DNA of 63,112 nt, filler included, from Hyphochytrium catenoides (lineage: Eukaryota > Protista > Hyphochytriomycota): the NCBI GenBank assembly GCA_900088475.1. It is 6 parts of 6 records of this genome, joined end to end, with 100 filler letters (N's around TTAATTAATTAA, not from the genome) between each part and the next. Parts side by side here need not be neighbours in the genome. Positions count along the whole stretch, not along the records: positions 1 to 20,260 come from FLMG01004275.1; positions 20,361 to 48,359 come from FLMG01002625.1; 4 more parts are not named here. One strand, given 5' to 3'. A program made the translations under genes and the position numbers. Position 1 is the first letter of the stretch, and each line of letters begins with the position of its first letter. This document shows, piece by piece, positions 11,552 through 24,300 of this stretch. The notes beneath the pieces were generated by a model that ran no database searches, had not been told where the DNA came from, and saw only the letters and a list, made by a program, of their open reading frames with translations.

Positions 11552-14500
11552 TCCCCTCTTCGGGAGTTCTCCCTTTGTCTCCTCGCCTGTGTTCCCATTC
11601 TCCATCAGTATCTCTCTCATTATGTCTTTCGCTGTACCTATCGCGTGCCTTTCCTTGGCATTCTCTCTCTTTCTCCCTGTTCGCATTTTTTCTCTTTATG
11701 CGTCTCTCTTCTTCAAGCCTTCTGCTCCATGTGTTATGCTTTCCCGCAGTCGCAATCCGCCCTGTTATCCTCCTCCCTTACCAATCATCTAAATGTGTGT
11801 CCCTGACATTGCTACTGTTGGACGTTTTACTCTCTACTCTACCTCTAGTTTACCGCGTGGAGCTACCGGGCAACCCGATTCTTGGAGAAGGAAAGCCCGA
11901 GAATCACAACCACGCCATCATCTTCACGCGCGGCGAGATGCTGCAGGTCATTGACATGAACCAAGATGGATATTTTGAAGAAGCACTGAAGGTCAGCGGT
12001 AGAACCGACAGAGGGAAAGCAGACGGAGAGAGAGTAAAGAGGATAGTAAATCCGTCCTTCTGCATAGCGTACCCTTTAGCACGCATGAAGGATAGAGGAG
12101 AGAAGGGAGACGAGCGAGAAGGAGGGTCATCACGGCGTTAAGCATACACTGACATGTACTCTAGCTTGAGTGTAGGAAGAAGAGAGAGAAAAAGAGACAC
12201 GGAGACGAGGGGAGGGACATATTGGAAAGAGGCTTACCGCTGCCGCTGCCATAGGCTTTGTACCTTCACCTCTACTGTTAGGAGAGGGATAATCTGCTCT
12301 ACTTCGCTCGTCGATTGGCTTATTTAAAACTCTTCATTTCTCTTTCTCTCACCCTCTTGCACGCTCTCTCTCTCTCCCTCTCCCTCTCTCTTTAGATGCC
12401 AAATCTTCTGGCAACCATGGACGGACCCACATCGAAGAAATATCCTGTGTACATTATCGGTTTGTCCCCGCTCTCTTTTATTCTACAGAGACCTCTCTCC
12501 TCTCTCTATCTTTTGTCTGTCCATAGCCCTAGGTCTCATTTTATTATGCTCACATTTCAGTTTCTTTCCCTCACCTCTTACGACGTCTTCACGTTCTGCT
12601 TTCTTTTTCGGAGACTAAGTCCTCTCTCTTACGTGCGGATTTTTTTCGGTCTGTCTTGCCTGTTTACATCTTCTCTCTCAGGTCTCCGCGAGCATATCTT
12701 CACGGGTGGCGTCTCTAATCTTGCCTCCTTCATGGGCATTCAAGAGCTCTCCTTCGTCTCTCTCGGACAGCGCGTCCTGGCTCTCTTTATGATCCGCATG
12801 CACTACGGCCATCCCGATGTCTTCGACAAGCTCTTCGCGGCAACTACTGGAGGGACAGCCAAGGCCTCGAAAGGTGTCAATCTCTCTGAAGATATCTTTG
12901 CAGGCTTCAATGCTACCCTGAGAGGAGGCAGGATCACACATGAGGAGTTCATACAGGTCTGGCCCTTCTCTTCGCCTTGTGTGTGTCTCTCTTTCTCTCC
13001 TTCCTTCCTCCACTAAAAGCTGCCATGGTGATTAATGTAAGCACTGCTTGAAGGTGGGGAAAGGGAGAGATGTTGGCATGCAGCAGCTGACTCTCTTCGA
13101 GGCCAAGCTCGCTTCAGGTGCAGGAGAGGCAGTCATGTCGAGAGATGTCCGCCGACTTGGCAAACGTTTGGACTTCTGGCGTCTCAACACGTTCTACTTT
13201 GGGAACTTGGGCTGGTATATGACACAGTGCGTCACCATGCTGGCAATCTACTGCTTCATCTATGGGAAGCTCTATACCGCGCTAAGCGGGAAGGGTGATC
13301 TCTTCCTCAGGCAAGGAGGATTGAGCATTGCTGGAGTGCTCAACACGTCTTGGGCGTTGCAGATGGGGATGCTCCTGGTGATCCCTATCATTGCGGTTGT
13401 GGGTGTGGAGTCTGGCTTTAGACAGGGCTTTTCCTATCTATTCTGGAACATTCTGACCCTTGGGCCCATCTACTTTGCCTTCCACATTGGGACGAAGAGG
13501 TAAGCAAGCAAGGAGGATCTATTATGAGGGGAGGAGTAGAAGAAGATATAGGAATGTTCCTTGTCTTTTCGGCCACCATGTTATCCTGCTCTTCTATAGG
13601 CCCTGCCCTTCTTCAGTGTAGATATAGAACTTAGACAGCGACAATTTCATTTCTATATCAAGCTGCACTCCCTCGTGCCCACTGCTTTGAGGTTGTTCCC
13701 ATCGACACTTACTAATCACACCCACTCTCTCTCTGTCTCTCTCTCTTTCTTTCTCTCTCTCTCCTCCAACTCTCGTCTCTTTCATTTTGCCTCACTCTCT
13801 TCAGTCATTATTTAGATCGGACATTGCTTCATGGTGGCGCCAAGTACCGCGCCACGGGTCGAGGCTTCACTATCAAGCACGAGAAGTTCGCCGAGTTGTA
13901 CCGCTTCTACGCCTCGTCACACTTCTACCGAGGCGTCGAGCTCATCTTTCTCCTCATCCTCTTTGCCTATTTCGGCACTTTCTCCTGGTGCAACTGCCCC
14001 TGGACCGTTGACGCCAAGTTCTATGACAACATAGAACCGCCAGAGGAAGAGTGGAATGCTCGTTGCTATGCAGCACACTATCAGAGCTGTGTCCTTCCCA
14101 CGAATCAGAACTATGGCATTATCACTTTCTCCCTCTGGATCATTGCCTGCACATTTGTTTGGGGACCATTCTTCTTCAACCCAAGTGGCCTGGATTGGGA
14201 CAGATGCATTGAGGACCTTGCAGACTGGCAGAACTGGCTGAGGGTGGAGAATGAGACGGCAGAAAGTTGGCTGGGCTGGTGGATGGAAGAGAATGCTTTC
14301 TATGAGAACTCTCCGAACTGGGCCCGGATCTTGACCCTCTTCCGGTCAGCAAGGTTCCTTCTGCTGGCGTACATCATGTATCTGGATCTAGTGTACAGGT
14401 AAGACAGACAAACGTTAAGGAGAAAGGGAGTGTGCGCCTCCATCTACTCGCTGAGCAGGAGTTGCTCTTCAACCGCGTGGATGCGGGTTACAGCGTTCTC

Positions 14501-15530
14501 TCGTAGAGATGCTTAGCTCCTGCTTGCGTCTTGGCCCTCTTCTTACTCTGTCTCTCTCTCTCTTTGTCGTTTATACTCATGCCCCGTACTCTGCTTTTAT
14601 GTGCGGAAAGCGATCGCGCGATCTCTTGCTGACTCTCTCTGGCTCTCTCTCTCTCCTCTTCGTCTCAGACAAACACTGGGCGTTGATAAGCCAGAGCTGG
14701 TGAAAGATATCAATATCTGGGTTTATATCGAGCTATCGGGGTTTTTCATTGTCTTCGGCATACTGCTAGTGTTGGGCTACTGGTTCTCAAGGTAAAGAAT
14801 TCGTTGGAAGAGAGGAGGAAGGTGCACTTGGAGGAATGGGAACCGATGAGAGCGAGAAGACATACCAGGAAGTGGGGGAGAGAAAGAAAACAAAGGGACA
14901 GCCCGAGGGAAAGAACACCCGAGACGACCTTAAGTGAGACAGAGCGCCTAGAAAGGACTGCACCCAGAGAGAGAGCATTAACTCACATCTATTTTACCCT
15001 CTTCTCACTTCCGCCGCGTGTTTTCTCTCTCTCTCTCTCCTCTCAGAGTACTGAAGAAGTGGAAGGCCAAGCAGAAAAAGCTTCGCAAGCTGAAGATGTA
15101 TGTCTTCCTGATCATCTGTCTGCTGGCCATCGGTCTCCTGATGCTAGGGCTCAACGTGGCTGCGCTTTTAGAGGTCATCGTCATTTCTCTCTTGGTGCTT
15201 TATTACTGGCAGATGTGGTTCATTGTTAACGGACATACCTCGCACATTACGGTCAGAGCCATCGGTGTCTTCTTCGACCGGCTCATCGGCTGGATTATTT
15301 TTGGTCCTATCCTCGTGGTGGCAATGTTCCTGCCCTTCATTTCGGACTTTCAGAAGCGAGTGATGTTCAACCCTGCATTCACTGCGGGGTTAGAGGTTGG
15401 CAAGCTGCTGGCGAACGAGGAGTCAGGCCGGAGAATCATAAGGAAAGACCATGGGAAAGGTTACAAGGCAGGCGGAGCATCGTCTTCGTCCAAAGGAAAG
15501 AGGAAGTCTGTCGCCGACAAGAAGAAGTGA
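4588..15530 (+). CDS. 1,3-beta-glucan synthase / callose synthase (GT48, FKS1-like), about 20 exons, N-terminal MIT-like domain
   Basis: GT-AG spliced exons (e.g. 4588-4677, 4767-4879, 4948-5124, 5469-, ... 12396-, 15047-15530) encode canonical motifs: [147 protein letters not shown]. An N gap at 5128-5224 lies in an intron. Confidence 0.95.
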
Positions 15531-16880
15531 GAGGACGGTCAGCGAGACATGAGGAAGAGAGAGAGCCTCTTAGAGGCATAAGGGGAACATTGATGTTTTT
15601 ATTGAGAGAGACGCTATTCTAGACTGCAGAGCTTCAAGAAGAGGGGAAAAGAGAGAGAGAGAATTGGGAGAAAGACTGAAGCTATTTTCAAAAACAGAGT
15701 GGCCACTAGAGTGGCTCTCTATGGAGTTTCCTAAATATTCATCATTAGTCAATTTGCTCCTTCCTCTTGCTTCATTTGGAGGGTGGACAAGAGAAAGAGA
15801 GAGGAGGGTGGGGTGAGAGAAAGGGAGAGAGATACGCAAGGACACAGTCATGATGTCATTGAAAGAGAGATTAGCATGTTCGACCTGTTGACTTCTTCCT
15901 TCTAGTTCTCTTCTCTCCATTTCTTATCGACGTCAGCCCTTGCCATGTTTATTTTTGATCTTTGTCCTCTATGACAGTGTGCTGTCCATCAGGCCCCTAT
16001 CGTGCTTCATATCGTGCTTGGCTTTGCCCAGTGTCAACTAACTAACTCTGCGTAAGGCAGCGCCTCCGGTATCATCTTTACCTGCTCCCTAGCACGCTTG
16101 GTCAGGCTAGAGGCTAATCTCCCTTTACATCCCCCTTTGAGTACTTCAGAAAAGCAAGACGTTGGACCTCCAGTCTGACATCAGAGTAGTCAGACCCCAA
16201 CAGAGACACTGGCATAAAGCGGACACGCCCCATCAATGGGAGGAGAGACCGTTCAATAGAACAATGAGAGATGAGACTCACGGCGCGGACAGCGCGAAGA
16301 TGAAAGCTCGACCGCGCCGATGCCGCGCCGCTTGATGGCAATGACCTTTCGCACCCCAGAACTCCCCTCAGTGTTAATGACTAGACCGTTAACGGTTACA
16401 AATGGGTGGTTAACTGTGTATTTTTATAGGTTGTTGAGGGGTTTAGGGTGGGTGGGTGAGCTTCGGAAGTTATTTGTGTAATCCGTTTTGCGTCCCATTC
16501 TTGTCGCAAAATGGGTCTTATATTCCAAGAAAGTCGCATTTGGTAGAGGACAATACAAAGCCTTATCAACAAATTGTGATGGCTTAGTCTTCTAGATACC
16601 TGAGGGATAGAGGTACGATGCAGCCTCTCCTAGGAAGTTCGTATTGCAGCTCTAGTATTCGCAGTGATCGGCGGTCAAACGACGCAATCGGCGCGTGATG
16701 CAAAGTTATCATTGCGGCTTCAGAAATGAGAAAAGAACCTGCTGTCCGGAGATGTCTGTCAGACGTCTGAGACACGATGCGCTTGGAAGTTTTTGGATGA
16801 TGGTGACTAGAACTCCAAAGCCCAATGGAACGTCTCTTGATGTAGATATAATGTGAGAAGGAGGAGACAACAAGCACCCG

Positions 16881-17775
16881 ATGGCGGGGAGGCCGAAGGT
16901 AAGAATCAGTAACCTCTCAACGTCAATGCCAGCAACCACCGCCGGCGTTACTCTTCTTCCCTTTCAAAAGCGGACTCCTAGTGCTAAGAGCAGTAGGATG
17001 ACAGGCTCCTTGCTTCCTTTTCATCTTTCGTCTTCTTCTTTCTCCTACAACCGCTGCCCCCTCGCTCTTTCTCTTTCTGGACGACTCACTTTCTCGCATT
17101 GTCTCTCCTCTCAGAGGGGCTCCACCTACAAGGTGCCTCCTGCTTGGCTTCATCAGCCGAGCCCGCAGCCATCTAACAACCAGAGGGAGGAAGAGACCGA
17201 GAGGCGCAGGGAGGAAGAGAAGAGGAGACAGACATTGGCAACAACGATAGAGAAAGAGTTGAAGACTCTCTCTTCAGATCCTGTAGATCTGGAAGGTATG
17301 CGGGAAGACAGTGGAGTTCTTAGCAGGACAGGGCAAAGACGGGAGAAGAGAGCAATGCTGTTTGTTATGTTCCGGCCGAAGACCGAGGCAAATAGACAGA
17401 GGAAAGAGGGAGCAAAGCGAGAGAGAGCGTAAGAGGGAGGCAGGACCCAAGAGAGAATAAACGAAGTGGGAGAAGAGATGGAAAATAGAGAAAAAGAAAG
17501 AGAGATGAGTTAGGAAGTGATGAAGAGCAACAGGGAGAATGATGAGAAAGAAGAAAAGTGCTCAAGAAAAGAAGAGATAGAGAGAGACAGAGGGAGAGAG
17601 GAGAGAGAGAGAGAGAGAAAGAGTACACGACAAGGAAGGTACAAAAACAACAAACAGATGGAGTGGCATCCTAAGTTCCTACTTCCCATTCTTCTCCTTG
17701 TGTCTTAGACGTTAAACCCTTCTCGATCGCTCTGCTCGCATCGCCTCCTTTCTCTATTTCTATCTCCTCTCCCTT

Positions 17776-17830
<55 letters not shown>

Positions 17831-19302
17831 TTTCTGCAGGTTGGCCTCTGATTCCGCTTCCATCCATTTCTCGGTTGGGAGAGGAGGTGCTGACTCGCTG
17901 CAGAGAAGAGTTGCAGAATCTCAGAGCCGCCCTGGTGTTAGAAGGAGATTCAGAGGAGAGCACACAGCTCCTGAAGGTGAAAATGTCAAACTCTGTCTCT
18001 TTCTTCTCTCAATCTCTGCCCTCTTTCTCTCAGCTCTCAGAGGCGTGGTCTATGTTGCTGGTCTTTCTCCCTCTCCCCTCGGTTCGGGTTTCTCTTCTCA
18101 AGTTTCTCTTCTTCTTCTTCTCAAGCGCTCTGTCAATTTTAAGCCCCTCTCTCTCTCGTGTCTCCCTCTCTCTCTCTCTTTCTCAATGTCTCTCCATCTT
18201 GCTCTCTCTGCCCCTCTCTCTCTCTCTCTCTGTTCCTTCTGCTTTTTCTTTCTGTTCTCCCTCTTCTCTGCCTCTCGATCACTCTTCCTTCGTCCCACTC
18301 CCAAGCTCCGCTGGCAAATTTCTATCTCTTCTGCAATCCGTGTGTTTCTCTCTCTGTCTCTCCTTCACCTCATGTGTCTCTCTTTCGACTCCCCTCTTCT
18401 CTCTACCCTCATCTCTTTCTCTCTCTCCATTCCTCTCTTCCTGAGAAACGATTGTCCTCCTCTTCGTCTTCGCAGTCTTCCTCAGATGGTTATGCTCTCA
18501 GCTTTCTCGTTCTTATGATGAAAGTGGCCTTTCCTAATAACATTCAATAACGCTTATCTCTTCCTCTCTTCCTTTCTTTCCCTCTCTCTTTGTTCCTTCC
18601 CTTTCCCCTCGCTCTCTGTCTCTCTCTCTCTTTCTCTCCCTCTCTCTCTCTCTCTACCTTCTGTCTCTCCTCCGTTTTGTCCCCTCAGTACGTGAACAAG
18701 CAACTCGATGCTGTGCAAAGGGAGTTAACTCAGAGAGACTCTCTTGGAAATACTGGCACTGGCATCACCATAGGGAAACCAAAATCTGTCTCTCTCGCTT
18801 CTTCTACTTCCTTCACCACTAAAGCTTCTCTCCTCTCAACACCAAGGCCTGCCATCAACTCCTCTTCGCTTCCTGTCTCTTCCACGCCTCTTCCTTCTCT
18901 TCGGAGCGGACGAAAGGATGAAGAAAGGAGAGAGAAATTACGATCACCGCTTTCTTCTCTCTCCTCCAAAGAAGAGACATTGCTCATCGGTAGGAAGCGA
19001 GAAGAGAGAGAGAGAGAATCTGCAAGCATCGGTAGTGCAGGGATAAGGCAAAGGGAAGAACCAGAATGCAGGGAAGAAGACGACAAAGGAAGATTCGTCA
19101 GGAGCAAGGATCAAGCTGGGATGCAAGAAAAGCGGGACAAAGAGAGAGAAGCCACTCCTTTAAAGGTTCTCTTTCTCTTGCCCTCCCCCCTCTTTCTCTT
19201 TATCTACGCGCTCTCTCTCTCTCTCGGTTTCCCGGTGATCTTTCTCCCTCGATATCAGTATCTTAGCTCCTTTCAAATCTTCTTTGTCTTTCGACGGGAG
19301 GC

Positions 19303-19341
<39 letters not shown>

Positions 19342-19809
19342 TCCCAAACTCTCTCTCCTCTCTCTCTCTCTCTCCCTCTCCCAAACTCTCTCTCTCTCCT
19401 CTCTCTCTCTCTGTCTGTCTCCCCCTCTTATCGTTTACCACCTCTTTTCTCAACTTCCGCATCTGCTTTTCTTGGCCTGCATGATCTGAGACGCACTGGT
19501 CTTGGTACATATTTCTTGACATATTTCTTCACCTCATTCTATCTCTTCCGCCCCTCTCCCGCCCTCTCTCTCTTCTTCTCTCTCTCTTCTCTCTCTCTCT
19601 CTTCTTCTCTCTCTCTCTTCTCCCTCTCTCTGTCGCTCCTCCTTAAACTACGTCAATGGCAGGAGCCACCAGTGCCTCGCGCCAAAGGTCCGACTGTCCG
19701 TTCAAAGGTAAACTCTAACAACCGCACGGACCAAAGCTCTGAGGAAGCGCTGAAGAGCCGCAGACTGAAGCTCATCAACGACACCTGGGGAACGGAGTTT
19801 GTCGTGCCG
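16881..19809 (+). CDS. Hypothetical protein, multi-exon, 3' end runs off contig A
   Basis: In-frame GT-AG exons 16881-16898 (MAGRPK), 17115-17295, 17840-17976, 18689-19165 and about 19663-19809, flanked by microsatellite-filled introns. Charged/coiled-coil and Ser-rich. No recognised domain. Confidence 0.55.
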
Positions 19810-19831
19810 GTGAGACAAATGGAGGGTGGAA

Positions 19832-19883
<52 letters not shown>

Positions 19884-20035
19884 AAGATAAAGACAGAGAA
19901 AGAGACAGAGAGTCAGAGGAAGAGGAGATAGTTATACCAAAGAGATGAAGAGACGGAGACTCAAATAAAAGAAAAGGAGAGTATATCACCGAGGGAAGAG
20001 GCAAAGAGAGAAAGAGAGAAAGGAAGAGATGGAGA

Positions 20036-20067
<32 letters not shown>

Positions 20068-20260
20068 AGAAGGCACTTGAAACGCATACGAAGCAAAAAA
20101 ACCTACACAGGAAGTACGTGCTGGAGGTGGTCGGCTACTTAAGAAGTCAAATGCAGAAGGACGGCAAAAGGAGAAGAGAGAGAGGGAAAGACATGGAAAG
20201 TAGGAAAGAGAATGGATTGAATCCCATTGGAAGGTCTCAGGCCTGAATGTGTTATGCTAG

Positions 20261-20360
20261 NNNNNNNNNNNNNNNNNNNNNNNNNNNNNNNNNNNNNNNN
20301 NNNNTTAATTAATTAANNNNNNNNNNNNNNNNNNNNNNNNNNNNNNNNNNNNNNNNNNNN
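20261..20360. other. Artificial contig linker N44-TTAATTAATTAA-N44
   Basis: Palindromic six-frame stop spacer flanked by 44 Ns on each side. The identical structure occurs five times. Confidence 0.97.
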
Positions 20361-20727
20361 CTCTCTCTCTCTCCTTTTGACTCCTTGCCTCTGTGTGTGT
20401 CTCTCTGTCTCGCTGTCTCTCTCTTCGTCTGTCTCTTAGCCTCTCCATGTGTGTCTCTCTGTCTCTCTGTCTCTCTCTCTCGTGTGCTCTCACCTCATCT
20501 AATCTTTTTGTAACCCCCATCAGGGAGCAACCTCCTAGGGTTTAGGGACGTCACCCCTTTCTGTTATATTAACAAATTGAGGTAAGTATTTTGGGTGAGT
20601 GGCGTTGTTGTGCCAGCAGCCGGTACCCCTAAGGTGTGATGGCTCGCCGGTTACAAGGAGACGGAAGTTCTGCTATCGCCTGGCCATCAAAGAGACATGG
20701 AAGACAAGGGGAGAGAGAGAGACAGAG

Positions 20728-20770
<43 letters not shown>

Positions 20771-21304
20771 GAGAGAAAGAAACGGAGGGAAGAGGCAGGG
20801 AAATAGAGTGAATGTATTTGTATATATAGAGCACAGCGAGTGTACTGGGAAACTTGCTAGCTAAATGGCTCAAGTGAGGAAGAAAGCGAGGCCAGAACCG
20901 AAGGCCTTGCGGCTGCCTGGTCTTGGAGCTAGCGGCCTGCCATGGAGTCTTTGAAGGTGCTCTGCTGGTTTTGAGGAAGTGAGGAGCGCGACCCGTTGCT
21001 TGGTCCACGGCAAAGTAAAGAACAGCGTACGAAGCTCCCGCTTGGCATAAAGACCAAATCGCCTCCGAAGAGAGAACTGAAGCCTATGAGCAGGAGGTTG
21101 AAGGGCGGTTTATAGGTCACTATCGCGCAGCAGAAGGACTGCGAGCCTTTAACAAAGAGAGAATGAGCGGCCAGTGTCAGCGGCCACGTCGTACGCTGAA
21201 GCCCTTCTAAGAGAGGGCATGTGGAAAGGGAGCAAACGCGAGGAAGAGGCAAAGTAGAAGGACAGATATCGAAAGCGAGGAAGGAAAGTGAAAGTCAAGG
21301 AAGG

Positions 21305-24300
21305 ATGTCGTCCGTTCCCGGAGGCCGTCGTGTGACAGCCACGGGGTCCATGCAGATCCTCAAGGTGAACTCTGTGGGCTCCAAATTGTCCATTCCTCTC
21401 TTGGTCCCGTCCTCGAGTAAGTCAACTGAAGGCCGTCTCAAGGCGATACAGCGCCGAGGAACGAGAGAAAACATTGCTCGGGATGTAGGGCGCCTTAACG
21501 CGGCAGGGCGGCGGCTTAGCGTGGACAGGATGCACATGGACCCTATCGTTGCGCTAGCAGAGAACTGTGTGAGCCTGATCTTGGAGAAGCTTAAACAACA
21601 CGCCACGCAGCTGCGGTACCAGCAACTCTTCAAGGACATTGTGGCCCAAGGAGAACTGGAAGGCTACACATTTCCTTCTGTTACTGAAGAGACCCGGCAG
21701 CCAGGGAAGCAGTTACCAGCGGACCAATACGTGGTCAAAGCGGGAGAGGTGCGGGACACACTGGAAAGCGTCACAAGGGCCCTAGCCGAGCGCTGCGGAC
21801 CTTCAGCGGTGGAATGCTTCTTTGGCGGCACGAAGAGAGTAGAGAGAGCGGAAGCAAAGGCTGACAGACGCTATGGCGGAGACCTTTCTGGAGTCTTAGA
21901 CTACGCCCGAACGTCTATTGTGTTAAAGGACTTAGCCAGCATCCGTGCGTGTGTCCAGGCCGCAGACGATTGGGCTCGACAGGACCCTTCCTGTCCTTTT
22001 ACCATTGCGCGTATAAAGTCACTCTTCTCAACGGAAGAGGAGGCTCTACCCGGAGGATACCGAGATGTGAAACTCAATCTAAAGATTCAAGAGCACATCT
22101 GTGAGGTGCAGCTGCATCTGCAGCCAATGTGGGCCGTGGCTGGTCAGGACGGCTATGGGCTCTACCAGGTCGTTGCCGGACAGGACGAAGATGGGAACCC
22201 GATCCTCCTGACCAGTGGCCTTGAGATCTTAGAGTCGAGTCTCATGACAGAGGAGACTCTGATGATGATGATGCAGATTGCCGCCCGCCGTGCTGAAGAA
22301 CCCACCATCCTTATCCCTGCAATTCTAGCGAGACAAGGAAAGGCAAAGGCTGCGATGGAAGAGTATCAGAAGGCGGTGGCTCACTATGAGGCCAAAGGAC
22401 AGCCAGACCATCCCACGGTGACGTGGTCTAAGAGAGGCATCACGGAGATCCTGCTTACACAGAATGAGAGCGAGGAGGCTGTGAAGCACGCGGCAACCTG
22501 CGTTGAACGTAGCTCCAAGCTGTATGGTCCGGAGCATCCAGAGACTACGTCCGACACCTTCCTCCTCGCCTCAGCAAATGCTAAGAACGCCAAGTTTGCG
22601 GAAGCTGAGAGGTGCTATCGCCAGGTGCTAGAGAGGCGCAGGGAGGTGTTGGGCGAGGAAGATGCTAAGACGCAAGAAGTAGAGTGCGAGCTAGCCGCGC
22701 TATTGGCACAGAAAAAGGAGCGGTCGGAAGAGGCAGAGACACTTTTTCGCAAGGTCCTCGCCAGCAGGGAAGATCGCCTGGGATCACGTCACGTCCTCAC
22801 TTTGGAGGCTGCAGGTCAGGTGGCCTTTATTTGCTCGACAAGGGGGAAGTATGCAGAGGCAGAGCCCATGTACACGCGCTGTATGGAGGGCTTTGAGGAG
22901 GCTTATGGTTCCTCGCACCCTCTGTACCTCACCTCCACCCTTAACCTGGCGAAGCTTCTGCAAGAACTTCGACGCTACGCGGAGGCCGCAAAGCTGTTTG
23001 AAAAAGTATTAGAGAGCTGTCGCACGCTCTACGGCCCAACGCACGAAGAGACTCTGATAGCGCAGAAGTGTCTTGGTATGTCACTGTACCGCTCCAAGCG
23101 GTATGAAGAGGCCGAGAAGCTCCTTCAAGGCACCCTCGAGGCTCGAGAGAAGTCATTAGGGAAAGATGATGAGCGTACGATCAGCACAATGGTAAGCCTC
23201 GGCAGCGTTCTAATCGACGCAGGCAAAGTCGATGAAGGCATCCAGCACCTCCGTCAGGCATTGGATCTCTATGCCCAAACCTTAGGCGAAGATAGCGCCG
23301 CTGTAGTGGATGTCCTACAACTTCTGGCAGGGACCCTGGAAGCGAACGGAGAGAGAGAACAAGCCTTAAAGTACTTCAAGAGAGCGCTTAATGCGGCAGA
23401 AAATGTCTCTGGGAAGGAATCTCATGACATCATTACCTTCAGCTCGGCGGTAGGACATTGCCTGACCTCTCTTGGCCGGTCTCGAGAGGCAGAGCCTCAT
23501 CTCCGGCGCGCGCTGGACCTCTCCTCTCGACTGCAAGGTAATCGCCACAAGGAGACACTATCGATCGAGAACGAGCTTGCGTCTGTTCTGGGTGCAGAGC
23601 TGAAGGTGGACGAAGCAATTGACCTTTATAAGGAGACGCTAGCGGGACGCTCAGAAGTCTGTGGGCCGAAAGACTTAGAAACGCTTTCCACAGCGTACAA
23701 CCTCGCCATTCTTTTGCATAAGACGGAGAAGCTGAAGGAAGCTGAGTCTCTGTACCAGCAAGCCATAACTGGATATGAAGAGATCCTCGGCCCCAAGCAC
23801 CCTCACACGCTAGATGCCGCTAATAACCTGGCATCTCTCTTTGCCGTCCAAGAAAACTATGCTGCCGCAGAGCCACTCTTCCGTCAAGCAGTGGCAGGAA
23901 GAGAAGAACAGCTTGGGAGCACTGACTCCTCAACTCTAGCCAGCTTCCACAGTCTCGGAAGCATGCTCTACAGGCAAGAGAAGTACAGCGAGGCAGTGCC
24001 CATACTGAAGAAGGGCTTTGACGGGCGAAAGCAGGTGCTGGGACAGGAAAACAGTCAGTTTCTCTCTACAATGTACTATTATGCCATGTCCATGGCGAGA
24101 CTGGGGGGTAAAGAGGCAGAGGCGACGGCTCTCTGCCGCGAATGCGTGGCCCTCATGCGTAAGAACCCTGCCACGATGAATGAAGACAGGGTGTTGGAAC
24201 TGGAAGAAGCCGCGCAGGAGCTGACGGCCAAGCTAAAGTGGCAACGCATCACGAGCATTTTTTGCTGCGCCGGTTCTCAGGCGCGGGTCAGCGTAGAGAC

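Noticed and set aside
20610-20626. GTGCCAGCAGCCGGTA, similar to the universal SSU rRNA 515 motif
   Set aside because: It lacks two bases of the motif and the flanks are not rRNA-like, so it is a chance match.
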